Origin: a virus
Taxonomy: Duplodnaviria; Caudoviricetes
DNA: 33,259 nt
IMG/VR virus record: IMGVR_UViG_3300011425_000009
Coordinates: 1 to 33,259 of that record
Strand: one strand, 5' to 3'
The notes below the pieces were generated by a model that saw only the letters and a program-made list of their open reading frames with translations, had not been told where the DNA came from and ran no database searches. Made by a program: the position numbers and the translations under genes. This document shows, one piece after another, positions 19,073-27,343 of this stretch (position 1 is the first letter of the stretch; each line of letters starts with the position of its first letter).

Positions 19073-19162
19073 ATGAGTCCACTCATAAGTTGGGTCACGG
19101 TCATTACTATGTTTTTTAGTATATTTTTAGCGGTCGAGTTTCACTATCGTTGGAGACGTTAA
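19073..19162 (+). CDS. Small membrane peptide
   Basis: 29 aa MSPLISWVTVITMFFSIFLAVEFHYRWRR; SD GGGAG/GAGG. Confidence 0.5.
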   Translation: MSPLISWVTVITMFFSIFLAVEFHYRWRR

Positions 19163-19163
19163 A

Positions 19164-19337
19164 ATGGATGAAAAGACATTCTTAAAACATAAAAAAATTA
19201 ATCTAGAATCTTATCGTCAAGGTGTAATAGATATTCATAACGAATTTGTTGATATGTTAAATTCATCCAAAAGACAATCGATTAATCTTATTGAGAGTGA
19301 AATAAAAAAAGTAGAAGAAGAAATAAACCATGAATAA
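19164..19337 (+). CDS. Small helical protein
   Basis: 57 aa MDEKTFLKHKK...; SD GGAG. Confidence 0.5.
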   Translation: MDEKTFLKHKKINLESYRQGVIDIHNEFVDMLNSSKRQSINLIESEIKKVEEEINHE

Positions 19338-19647
19338 CGATCCAGAATTAGCAGAAGCATTAAATAAAACAGCAATCGCATTAAAAGCTATTGGCGAGAG
19401 AATGGAATTATTTGAAAAATGTTTAGGTGAGTTAATAAAAGCAGTAGAAATACTTCAAGTATTACAACTTAAACCATCCGAATTGATTATAGATCTTCAA
19501 TCAGTACCAAAACAAAATGAGTTAAAAGAATATTTAATTGAAATTGCTAGTAAAATTAAAGGTAATGAATCAATAGACTTTCTTTTTAGAGAGGGTTATC
19601 TATCAGCCATCAACCGTATTTCGATCAAATTTAATCTTAAGATTTAA
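19330..19647 (+). CDS. Hypothetical protein
   Basis: 105 aa; last gene of the rightward unit. Confidence 0.55.
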   Translation: MNNDPELAEALNKTAIALKAIGERMELFEKCLGELIKAVEILQVLQLKPSELIIDLQSVPKQNELKEYLIEIASKIKGNESIDFLFREGYLSAINRISIKFNLKI

Positions 19648-19656
19648 CCCAATAAC

Positions 19657-19683
19657 ATCGACATATCTAATCCATATGTCGAT
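19657..19683. terminator. Hairpin between convergent units
   Basis: ATCGACATAT-ctaatcc-ATATGTCGAT. Confidence 0.5.
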
Positions 19684-19705
19684 TGGTTATAACTTGTTCT
19701 TTTAG

Positions 19706-20011
19706 TTATAACTTGTTCTTCCCGTTCTCTGGCGACCCCACTTTGGTATCGTAGCTAACGTTGTGAGTTGTTCCACCAAAGGGTTCATGTTTCTGTACAT
19801 ACCTAGGGTTCGCTACGTCAGCGCCACGCATCGCACGTTCCATCATATGCTGAGGGCAGTAGTAACCGACATCGGCGATCTGGGGGCAACCTGCCCAATG
19901 ACAACCGCATCGTAAGGGGCGATTGCCTTTCATACGTGCTTCTTCCATGTTGCGATATCGGGGCGTTACTTCTTTTTTAACATCTACCATGCTATGAGCT
20001 CCAAATTTCAT
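19706..20011 (-). CDS. Hypothetical protein with Cys/His metal-binding motif
   Basis: CHWAGC...YYCPQH; start uncertain. Confidence 0.55.
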   Translation of the reverse strand: MKFGAHSMVDVKKEVTPRYRNMEEARMKGNRPLRCGCHWAGCPQIADVGYYCPQHMMERAMRGADVANPRYVQKHEPFGGTTHNVSYDTKVGSPENGKNKL

Positions 20012-20016
20012 CCAGG

Positions 20017-20307
20017 TTAGCGGGTGTTATTAGACCCATGCAGATTACCTCGGTTCATCGATCCTTCAGCCACGTCGATTTTAGCGGCCTTAGGCACCGA
20101 TTGTGATACGCCCCATTGAACTACCTTACGCTGATAGGAGTTTTCCAGGGCCTTATCGGAAGGTGCGATCTTATGGCGATGGTTTTCAGCGCCTTGATAA
20201 CCGCCCACGGCCTGATAAGTCGCCCAATCCAATCCGTATTTACGTCCAGGCGCACGGTTACTGCCTTCTGCGACGTTGAGAGAAGAGGTAATTTTATTAT
20301 TAGCCAT
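20017..20307 (-). CDS. Hypothetical protein
   Basis: 96 aa, SD GGAG, VAEGS present twice. Confidence 0.6.
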   Translation of the reverse strand: MANNKITSSLNVAEGSNRAPGRKYGLDWATYQAVGGYQGAENHRHKIAPSDKALENSYQRKVVQWGVSQSVPKAAKIDVAEGSMNRGNLHGSNNTR

Positions 20308-20332
20308 GAAAATACTCCAGTATAATCAACAA

Positions 20333-20545
20333 CTAGCCGCGGTCTACGTAACGCACAGCACCATTTAATCGTTGAAACTTCTGTTTGTTCTGCCAATGTG
20401 CCTTACGTATTCCAGCAATTAAACCTGGTTTGACTTCTTTTTCAAAGATAGCCATTTCATCACGATTTGGCATATTGGTTAATGAACCAGCGGAGGGTTC
20501 AGATTTAATTTTTGCTTCTTTGGATATTTCTGGTTTCTTAGACAT
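20333..20545 (-). CDS. Hypothetical protein
   Basis: 70 aa, overlaps the upstream ORF. Confidence 0.5.
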   Translation of the reverse strand: MSKKPEISKEAKIKSEPSAGSLTNMPNRDEMAIFEKEVKPGLIAGIRKAHWQNKQKFQRLNGAVRYVDRG

Positions 20546-20720
20546 CGTCTGTTCCTAGGGTTGGTTCATTTTTGTCAGTATAACTATCATTACGAGCGCC
20601 AGCAAGGACGTTCATCACCAAAGGGTCGGTTGTCCTGCCGCATTTCTGGCAGACGTAATAAGCCACACAGCCGCCACTGACAACGTCCATCTCTGCCTTA
20701 CAACACCTGCTCCGTGTCAT
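20538..20720 (-). CDS. Small zinc-ribbon protein
   Basis: SRCC...YVCQKCG; SD AAGGA. Confidence 0.55.
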   Translation of the reverse strand: MTRSRCCKAEMDVVSGGCVAYYVCQKCGRTTDPLVMNVLAGARNDSYTDKNEPTLGTDDV

Positions 20721-20736
20721 TTTACTGCTTCCTTAG

Positions 20737-21030
20737 TCATATGCTGTCCTTCGTCAAATAATCAAGTGCTTCCTCCAAAGAAGCAATGATAGCAACTTGT
20801 CCCGGCCAGGTATCGTGAAACTTTTGTTCAGCAACTGTTAATTTCTGTTGAGACAAAGGTTTGTCACCGTCTTTGATCTCAAACAAATAATTCTGCGATG
20901 AATGACCTCCTGATACAACAATATCGGGAAAACCGAACCCAATAGCCGAAGTGACAAACACATTAAACCCATTATTTCTCAATCCTTTCACAATCTGAAA
21001 TTGGTTCGCGTCCGTGCGTTTAGCCCGCAT
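20737..21030 (-). CDS. VRR-NUC / PD-(D/E)xK nuclease, probable resolvase
   Basis: KRTDANQ...GFPDIVV...FEIK...KLTVAEQKFHDTW. Confidence 0.8.
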   Translation of the reverse strand: MRAKRTDANQFQIVKGLRNNGFNVFVTSAIGFGFPDIVVSGGHSSQNYLFEIKDGDKPLSQQKLTVAEQKFHDTWPGQVAIIASLEEALDYLTKDSI

Positions 21031-21053
21031 ATTAATCCTTTATTTTATTACCT

Positions 21054-21311
21054 CTAAAGCCCTAAGATATTATAAGGATGGTTAGTATCAAACGCCCATG
21101 ACGCATAAGGGCCTGATTCAGTATTTTTAATTTTATCCAAATAAATTTCATATGAATTAGGAAATACCATTTCAAACTCTTCTGCCAATATTTTCCTATA
21201 ATGTTTTACCAGAAAGTCATGTCTATCTTTTTTAGGTAAATTTTTTGCTACTAATTGCAAACGAATAAAAGCATCAATTAAGTACATCATTACATCGTCT
21301 AATTTTCTCAT
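21054..21311 (-). CDS. Hypothetical protein
   Basis: ATG 21311 with SD GGAG preferred over the track start. Confidence 0.5.
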   Translation of the reverse strand: MRKLDDVMMYLIDAFIRLQLVAKNLPKKDRHDFLVKHYRKILAEEFEMVFPNSYEIYLDKIKNTESGPYASWAFDTNHPYNILGL

Positions 21312-21358
21312 CTTCTTTATCTCCAAAATTAATATTTTACATAAAAATTTACACAATC

Positions 21359-21545
21359 AGGGCATTAGGGCACGAAAGGGCACTATTGTTCCCGAGTGCA
21401 TATTCAGTATATATAACTATTATTAAAATAATTCTTAATCATATATTCTATATACCCTATATACTCTATTATCCCCTAAGACCAATAACCATAGAGCATT
21501 AGAAGGGGTACGTTCAAAAATATTATTACCCTTTCATATGCCCTT
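21359..21545. repeat. AGGG(C/T)A repeats around an AT-rich core; candidate origin
   Basis: AGGGCA at 21359, 21367 and 21377; reverse copies TACCCT/TGCCCT further right; non-coding gap after the helicase gene. Confidence 0.45.
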
Positions 21546-21583
21546 TTTAGATGATTTACCATTAAATAATAAGGTTGGTTCCC

Positions 21584-22903
21584 TTACTTAACGAAACTTT
21601 GATTAAATCGAGTAGGAACGTCATAAACTCTCAATCCGTTACTTTTTCTACCTTTAGACCCTGTTTGCTCTTTTAATATCCTACCCATACGCCTAGTTTC
21701 AGTGGGCGTAGGACGTTCGTACCCCAAAACCTTCAACACATCTGTTACCGTCATGCCCCGTGTAGTAAAAGGCCCTGACCAATCGTAAATAGACAATAAT
21801 TTCTCTTTTAAGCTATCGGTTTTTTCATGAGATTTATTACGGATGTTAATAAAACTTTGTAATTCAGATTGAATATAAGGTTTAGCGCCATTCTTTAATT
21901 CGTGATGAACTTCAGCCCAAACCTGGACCATATTAAAATCATGGTTGTAATTAATGGATTCAGCAGCAATTGTTAAAAACCGACGATTACCTGTGGTGTC
22001 AACTAAAAACTCAGTTTCGTTAACGGTCGCTATAAATGCAGTACGCCGAATCAATCTAATATCTTTTCGACCATAAGGCACCCGTATATCGTCAACCGGG
22101 GAAGTTATAAAACTTTTTAAATGCGCAATATCTGTCTTGTTTAAGGTTGCATCTAACTCGCCTAACTCCGCAATCCAAAAACGATTTACATTTATAATGG
22201 TATCTTTATTTTTAGGGTCCAATAACGCACCGACTTTAATAGCATTACAATGGATAGGATCAAGTTTTCTTACCCAGGCTGTCTTGCCTATCCCCTGCTC
22301 CCCCTGGATAACTAGAATTCCGTGAGAAATAAAATCACCTTGACTGTAAGCGGCAGATACTGCCATTAACATAAAAGTTTTAATGATTTCTTTATCTTCA
22401 TTGGGATTGTTAGTTTTAATTGTTTCAAGAAAACTATCTAATCTACCTATACCGTCCCATTTGTTACCTTCTAAACAGTCGACAATGGGATGATATGCGT
22501 TTTCTCCCGCTAAAACTTCCAGCCATTTATCAATATTACGCCATGGCATATGGTTGATAGTTGCTAAATACTCTATTTTAGCTAATGTATCATTAGCCCT
22601 ATCGTCACTGAAAAAATTCAAACCAGGAAGGTTAATTTCCCTGCGGCGCGACATTAAATTGTATTTAATCTCGGCATTAAAATGCTTTAATAGAAATTCA
22701 AGATTTTTATAAGTATCTAAGACTTTAACTCCTGATCTAGATTCTACAATTTCAGGATAAAGTAAAGGAGATTCAATAACCCTATATGGTTCATTTTTTT
22801 GTTGGCCCTGAAGTTTTTTATGTGATTTTAAATTATTTTTATAATTAGATTTCTTCTTTCTCTTGTCCAAGCTATCATGTCTTTCGTTATGTACTTTTGT
22901 CAT
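21584..22903 (-). CDS. VapE/VirE-family P-loop helicase-like replication protein
   Basis: Walker A GEQGIGKT, WIAELGELD, RVPYGR and ATVNETEFLVDTTGNRRF. Confidence 0.85.
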   Translation of the reverse strand: MTKVHNERHDSLDKRKKKSNYKNNLKSHKKLQGQQKNEPYRVIESPLLYPEIVESRSGVKVLDTYKNLEFLLKHFNAEIKYNLMSRRREINLPGLNFFSDDRANDTLAKIEYLATINHMPWRNIDKWLEVLAGENAYHPIVDCLEGNKWDGIGRLDSFLETIKTNNPNEDKEIIKTFMLMAVSAAYSQGDFISHGILVIQGEQGIGKTAWVRKLDPIHCNAIKVGALLDPKNKDTIINVNRFWIAELGELDATLNKTDIAHLKSFITSPVDDIRVPYGRKDIRLIRRTAFIATVNETEFLVDTTGNRRFLTIAAESINYNHDFNMVQVWAEVHHELKNGAKPYIQSELQSFINIRNKSHEKTDSLKEKLLSIYDWSGPFTTRGMTVTDVLKVLGYERPTPTETRRMGRILKEQTGSKGRKSNGLRVYDVPTRFNQSFVK

Positions 22904-22929
22904 CAGCTTACATCCTGTAAGTTAAATTG

Positions 22930-22958
22930 ATAAAACTAGGGGGAATGATTCCCCCTAG
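22930..22958 (-). terminator. Terminator/attenuator upstream of the VapE gene
   Basis: 10-bp stem CTAGGGGGAA/TTCCCCCTAG followed by TTTT on minus. Confidence 0.6.
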
Positions 22959-22962
22959 GTAC

Positions 22963-23307
22963 TTATTGAGTATATTTCCGCATAGGTTCTTTTAATTCTC
23001 CTTGTTCATCAAATAAATATAAACGCACAATATTTGCACCATCTCTTAATAACACAAGCACAACATCTTCACACATGTCTAATGTGGACGACCCATCATC
23101 AAAAACAATGATGTCACAATCTTCTACAGGCCAAAATAAATCATTAGGACAGGTATATTTAGGAAGGCAGAGTGCAAATTTGTTCAGTTTAAATCCTTCA
23201 CATTTATTGAAAGACCATTTGCCGGTAAAGACATAAATATCATTTGTGGGGACGTTGCCAGCTATTAAGAATTCGTACAAACGCTTGCCGTAAGGGGGTA
23301 GTTTCAT
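22963..23307 (-). CDS. Hypothetical helicase-associated protein
   Basis: 114 aa from MKLPPYG with SD AAGGA; FWPVEDCDIIVFDD. Confidence 0.55.
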   Translation of the reverse strand: MKLPPYGKRLYEFLIAGNVPTNDIYVFTGKWSFNKCEGFKLNKFALCLPKYTCPNDLFWPVEDCDIIVFDDGSSTLDMCEDVVLVLLRDGANIVRLYLFDEQGELKEPMRKYTQ

Positions 23308-23438
23308 TATAATTCCTTTGTTGTGTATAGGGATGTATTTTCTGTGGGGGGGTGTCGTAGTCCCCCCCAGAGAGCTAAATGATACTGCTACTAAAACCAA
23401 AAAACTATCGCTGATTTCGCTTGATAAATCATGTAAAA

Positions 23439-23615
23439 CTATATATATAATTCTCCCAATACCACAATATAAGCACGTAATTTTTTCTCTGCTACTCTTC
23501 GATCTTTCATCGGTAAATCAGGGTTTGCTGCTATTCTTTTATTTAACTCAATATGTTCGCGCATCAAGTCTCTAAATTTATTTTGCTTAGAAACTTCCTT
23601 GTTAATTTTATCCAT
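23439..23615 (-). CDS. Small hypothetical protein
   Basis: 58 aa MDKINKEVSK...VLGELYI, SD AGGA; not in the track. Confidence 0.5.
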   Translation of the reverse strand: MDKINKEVSKQNKFRDLMREHIELNKRIAANPDLPMKDRRVAEKKLRAYIVVLGELYI

Positions 23616-23625
23616 GCGTAAATTC

Positions 23626-23838
23626 CTATTTATTTTTATGTTTAACTAAAATGATCTTCATACTGTCTTTGCGAATTTGTTCTTTAGTACGTCTTGCCCT
23701 AATAGGTTCACCAATGTCTGCGTAGCCCCACTTGTTCTCACGCTGATAATGTGCCGCACATAACTTACACTTCATGATATAAGACTCACGCTTGCAACCA
23801 CGCACTTTACATTTAGTTCGTTTTAATTTTGGCCTCAT
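23626..23838 (-). CDS. Small basic zinc-finger protein
   Basis: CKVRGC...LCAAHYQR; SD AAGGA. Confidence 0.6.
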   Translation of the reverse strand: MRPKLKRTKCKVRGCKRESYIMKCKLCAAHYQRENKWGYADIGEPIRARRTKEQIRKDSMKIILVKHKNK

Positions 23839-23927
23839 TTTATTGTCCTTGTTTTATTTTATGTTGTAGTTTAAAAAGAAAATAAATATACTCCACCCCT
23901 ATTTCCAAAGCAAACAAAAGGCATTTT

Positions 23928-24233
23928 ATGACAGAACAACAAGAAAAATTTAAAGAATTGTTTGAGCAATTAGTTTTAGATTTAGGAAAAACACTCATTC
24001 ATTTTGTTGATGAACACCAATTATTGTTCGAGAGCAATACCAATATATGTATAGATTGTTTTACGACACATGCTATTTGGGAAGCGGCCATCAAGAGTTT
24101 AGTCATTAATTATGAAAACCACAAAGAATTTTATCCTGAAAAGTTACTTAAATTAATTCAACAATGTGCGGAAGCTGTCAATGTTAAATTTATGTTTGGA
24201 ACGCTAGCTCCTGAAAATAATACCCAACATTAA
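23928..24233 (+). CDS. Hypothetical protein
   Basis: 101 aa with SD AAGG. Confidence 0.55.
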   Translation: MTEQQEKFKELFEQLVLDLGKTLIHFVDEHQLLFESNTNICIDCFTTHAIWEAAIKSLVINYENHKEFYPEKLLKLIQQCAEAVNVKFMFGTLAPENNTQH

Positions 24234-24242
24234 GGAAATAAT

Positions 24243-24530
24243 ATGTTTATAGAATTTAATAAAAATTTAGTGAATTTAAATAATGTAACTTATATTCATA
24301 AAGATAATAAAGAAATTTATATTAATTTTCATAGTCCTGAAGATCCCTATATAGCACAGGTTTTTGATAGTGCCGAAGAAGCTCAACAAAAATTTAATGA
24401 ATTAAAAGATTTATTAATTCCTAAACCATTAACGAAAGATGAACTCAATCGAATTCAATGGAACGGTGTTATGCTAACTAAAACAAATGATGCCCAAGTC
24501 GACCATCAATTGCCCGAATCTCAGTTGTAA
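24243..24530 (+). CDS. Hypothetical protein
   Basis: 95 aa with SD TAAGGA. Confidence 0.6.
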   Translation: MFIEFNKNLVNLNNVTYIHKDNKEIYINFHSPEDPYIAQVFDSAEEAQQKFNELKDLLIPKPLTKDELNRIQWNGVMLTKTNDAQVDHQLPESQL

Positions 24531-24553
24531 AATTAAAACTCAAATGATATGCT
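24525..24553 (+). promoter_or_regulatory. Sigma70-like promoter facing non-coding DNA
   Basis: TTGTAA-17 nt-TATGCT with extended -10 TG. Confidence 0.55.
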
Positions 24554-24559
24554 ATGAGT

Positions 24560-24657
24560 ATCCGGTATCCTTCCGGGTCCCTTTAATGTTAATGCTATTC
24601 CCGTCCTTTGTGTGATGAGTTGGACATGGCCCAGGCCGAATCCTCCTGGGTCATTTC
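24560..24657 (+). ncRNA. Candidate antisense sRNA rich in anti-SD (UCC) segments
   Basis: Upstream promoter, no ORF, terminal stem TGGCCCAGG/CCTGGGTCA plus TTT, and complementarity to phage RBSs. Confidence 0.45.
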
Positions 24658-24881
24658 CTAGGCCGTGGCTTCTTGGGAAGCAGCATTTCTAGTTTCCACT
24701 CTAAGCCTACCGTGTGCGCCAATTCTAAGAGCTTGTAAGCGTTATTAATATCGGGCGCCCTAATGCCTGTCTCCCAGAAATAAGTCGTCACGCGTGATTT
24801 TAAGCCCAATACTGCGGTAAACTTCGTGCGGTTCATTTTTAACTTGGTGCGTAATTCAATAATACGGTCTGCTACTGCCAT
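24651..24881 (-). CDS. Xre/Cro-family HTH regulator
   Basis: 76 aa from MAVADRIIELRTKLKMNR...VTTYFWETGIRAP; SD AAGGAG. Confidence 0.8.
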   Translation of the reverse strand: MAVADRIIELRTKLKMNRTKFTAVLGLKSRVTTYFWETGIRAPDINNAYKLLELAHTVGLEWKLEMLLPKKPRPRK

Positions 24882-24902
24882 AACATCTCCTTTCATCAAA
24901 AC

Positions 24903-24964
24903 AATATAAACTAAAATTCTGATGTAGACAATGCGTTGACATAAGATAAGACCAGCGGTATAGT
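24903..24964. promoter_or_regulatory. Divergent sigma70 promoters
   Basis: Rightward TTGACA(24936)-17-TATAGT; leftward TTGTCT(24931)-17-TATATT. Confidence 0.7.
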
Positions 24965-24995
24965 CAACACACATTAAACATTAAGGACAAAGGAC

Positions 24996-25469
24996 ATGAC
25001 ACTTAGATTAAAAAAACCATTAAAAATATCACCTATGCTCAACCAGTATTTAGCTCTTTTGGTAGACTCTGGCCGTAAGTTTGTGACGGCGCGCCCTGGG
25101 ATGAAACCAGAAAATATATTAACTGACTTGGAATGCCAAGAGTTGGCAGGTTACATGTTGATGGAAATCAGTGATACCCCCGAAATATTTAATTTTTATC
25201 GGTTTTACAAACAAGACAAGCCTGGGCTGGGGGTGCATTTTATTTCACGATTATGTACTTATTGTATTGAAGATTCCGTCTATAATGGCGAACGACTGTT
25301 GGACGATATGAAAATAATGGTGCGTTATTACTTTCAGGAAGATAACCGTATGCAAGGCCTATTAGATTGGTTCCGCCATGGACAACAAGCGCAATATCAC
25401 GAAGCCCGGCAACGTGTCATTGAAGGTGACCACGAAGTGGCACACGCAGAGGAGCTACGTTATGTTTAA
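24996..25469 (+). CDS. Hypothetical early protein
   Basis: 157 aa, SD AAGGA, first gene after the rightward promoter. Confidence 0.65.
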   Translation: MTLRLKKPLKISPMLNQYLALLVDSGRKFVTARPGMKPENILTDLECQELAGYMLMEISDTPEIFNFYRFYKQDKPGLGVHFISRLCTYCIEDSVYNGERLLDDMKIMVRYYFQEDNRMQGLLDWFRHGQQAQYHEARQRVIEGDHEVAHAEELRYV

Positions 25470-26325
25470 AAAAGCAGAACGTCGACAAGTTAAATTACGA
25501 TTGGCACTATGTGGTGTATCAGGCTCTGGAAAGTCATATAGCGCCCTGCGCTTAGCAAAAGGGCTGGGTGAAAAGATCGCTGTCATTGATACCGAAAATG
25601 GATCAGGTGAACTCTATACGGATGTAGCCGATTATGAGATTTGCTTACTACATCCTCCGTTTTCACCAGCCAGATATATTGAAGCGATCCATGCAGCTGA
25701 ACGATATGGATTTGATGTGTTGGTCATTGATTCCTTAAGTCATGCGTGGTCTGGTTCAGGTGGTGTATTAGATATGCATGATAATATTGCAAAAACGGCA
25801 CAAAATAAAAATACGTATTTCGCATGGCGTGAAGTCACCCCACAACATAACGCATTAATCGATACCATATTACAAAGTCCATTACATATTATTGCAACCA
25901 TGCGCAGTAAGACCGCTTATGAAGTACAAGATCGTGATGGTAAAAAAGTACCCGTTAAAATAGGGCTAGAACCGGTTCAACGAGCTGGGATGGAATATGA
26001 ATTTACCACAGTATTAGACTTAATTCCTGAATCTAACTTTTTTACTTCTTCTAAAGATCGCACTGGCATCTTTAAAAACAAATTTGGAGTATTAACCGAA
26101 GAGCATGGTCAGCAATTAATTGACTGGCTAAATAGTGGAAAATCAGATTTACAATTGGTTGAAGATGCCTTTGGTCCCCTGACTTCAGTCGATAGTCTAC
26201 GGGTAGCTTATTTAAAATTAGTGGCTGAATATCCTTCTTTAAAAACCTACATTACAGAAGCAGCCAAACAATACAAAGAAAAATTAACCCCACCCAAAGA
26301 AGAAGATATTATGGAGTGTTTATAA
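25462..26325 (+). CDS. AAA_24 / Sak4-like ATPase (recombination)
   Basis: From MFKKAERR (SD GAGGAG); Walker A GVSGSGKS, VIDTENGS and VIDSLSHAW. Confidence 0.85.
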   Translation: MFKKAERRQVKLRLALCGVSGSGKSYSALRLAKGLGEKIAVIDTENGSGELYTDVADYEICLLHPPFSPARYIEAIHAAERYGFDVLVIDSLSHAWSGSGGVLDMHDNIAKTAQNKNTYFAWREVTPQHNALIDTILQSPLHIIATMRSKTAYEVQDRDGKKVPVKIGLEPVQRAGMEYEFTTVLDLIPESNFFTSSKDRTGIFKNKFGVLTEEHGQQLIDWLNSGKSDLQLVEDAFGPLTSVDSLRVAYLKLVAEYPSLKTYITEAAKQYKEKLTPPKEEDIMECL

Positions 26326-26813
26326 TGCACCTATACCAACTCTCAAATGAATATAGAAAACTATTTGATGAAATGTCTAACCTCGATGAATGGCCAGCAG
26401 ATTTGCTGGCTACGATGGAAAAAGTAGACCAAGACTTTACAAACAAAGCGATTAACGTTGCTTTATATATCAAAGAACTATTGGCACAAGCTGATGCGAT
26501 TAAAAACGCCCGTGCAGAAATGGCAACAAGACAAGCTAAATTAGAAAATAAAGCAGAAAGTTTAACGGAATACCTTCGGTACCATATGGAACAAAACGAA
26601 AAATCTCATATCGTTGACGCACAAGTCGAATTAAAATTAAAACGTAATCGATTTGCTGTCACGATAAATGATGAATCGCTTCTTCCTAAAGATTATTTTA
26701 GAAGAAAAGAAGTTTACACCGTGGACAAACTTTTAATTAAACAAGATATTGATGCTGGGATTAATGTTCCTGGCGCAACATTAACATCAAAAATTCAATT
26801 AGACATTAAATAA
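26325..26813 (+). CDS. Siphovirus Gp157-family protein
   Basis: MHLYQLSNEY, coiled coil, C-terminal VDKLLIK...VPGATL...LDIK; TAATG-coupled. Confidence 0.8.
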   Translation: MHLYQLSNEYRKLFDEMSNLDEWPADLLATMEKVDQDFTNKAINVALYIKELLAQADAIKNARAEMATRQAKLENKAESLTEYLRYHMEQNEKSHIVDAQVELKLKRNRFAVTINDESLLPKDYFRRKEVYTVDKLLIKQDIDAGINVPGATLTSKIQLDIK

Positions 26814-26822
26814 GGAAATACC

Positions 26823-27299
26823 ATGTTTCATGATGAACCTATCAGTAGAGAACAATCAGACGAACCACGAGGCTATCCATTATTAGACGAAGGCGTTTAT
26901 AAATTCGTGGTAGCTAAAGCCAACTTTCGTAACTCAGCCAAAGGCAATAAGATGATTGAGCTACAACTTTGTGTCTATGACAATAATGATAAAGCTTACA
27001 TCGTATTTGATTATCTGATTGCCCAAGAAAACATGCGTTGGAAAACCAGACATTTTTGTGATGCCGTTGGGTTAGACAAACAATATGAAGCCAAAGAATT
27101 TAATGAGTATATGTGTCCTGGGCGAGAGGGATATGTAGAGTTAAAAATACAACCAGCCAAAGACGGGTATGCGGCCAAAAACGCCGTCTTGGATTATTGC
27201 ATGACAGACAAAGGGCTAGTTAAATCAGATTTAGCACCACCTAACAATACCACTCCCAAAGCAACAAATGGATTTGTAGATGATGATATCTTGTTCTGA
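26823..27299 (+). CDS. DUF669-like single-stranded DNA-binding protein
   Basis: LLDEGVY...SAKGNKMIEL...VFDY; acidic tail DDDILF. Confidence 0.75.
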   Translation: MFHDEPISREQSDEPRGYPLLDEGVYKFVVAKANFRNSAKGNKMIELQLCVYDNNDKAYIVFDYLIAQENMRWKTRHFCDAVGLDKQYEAKEFNEYMCPGREGYVELKIQPAKDGYAAKNAVLDYCMTDKGLVKSDLAPPNNTTPKATNGFVDDDILF

Positions 27300-27309
27300 T
27301 ACCCAACTA

Positions 27310-27338
27310 TTGACAGCGATAACAGTTATTGTTATCAA
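27310..27338 (+). promoter_or_regulatory. Promoter of the RNA array with embedded palindrome
   Basis: TTGACA-17 nt-TATCAA with TG extension; GATAACA-5-TGTTATC overlaps the spacer and -10. Confidence 0.55.
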
Positions 27339-27343
27339 ATACC

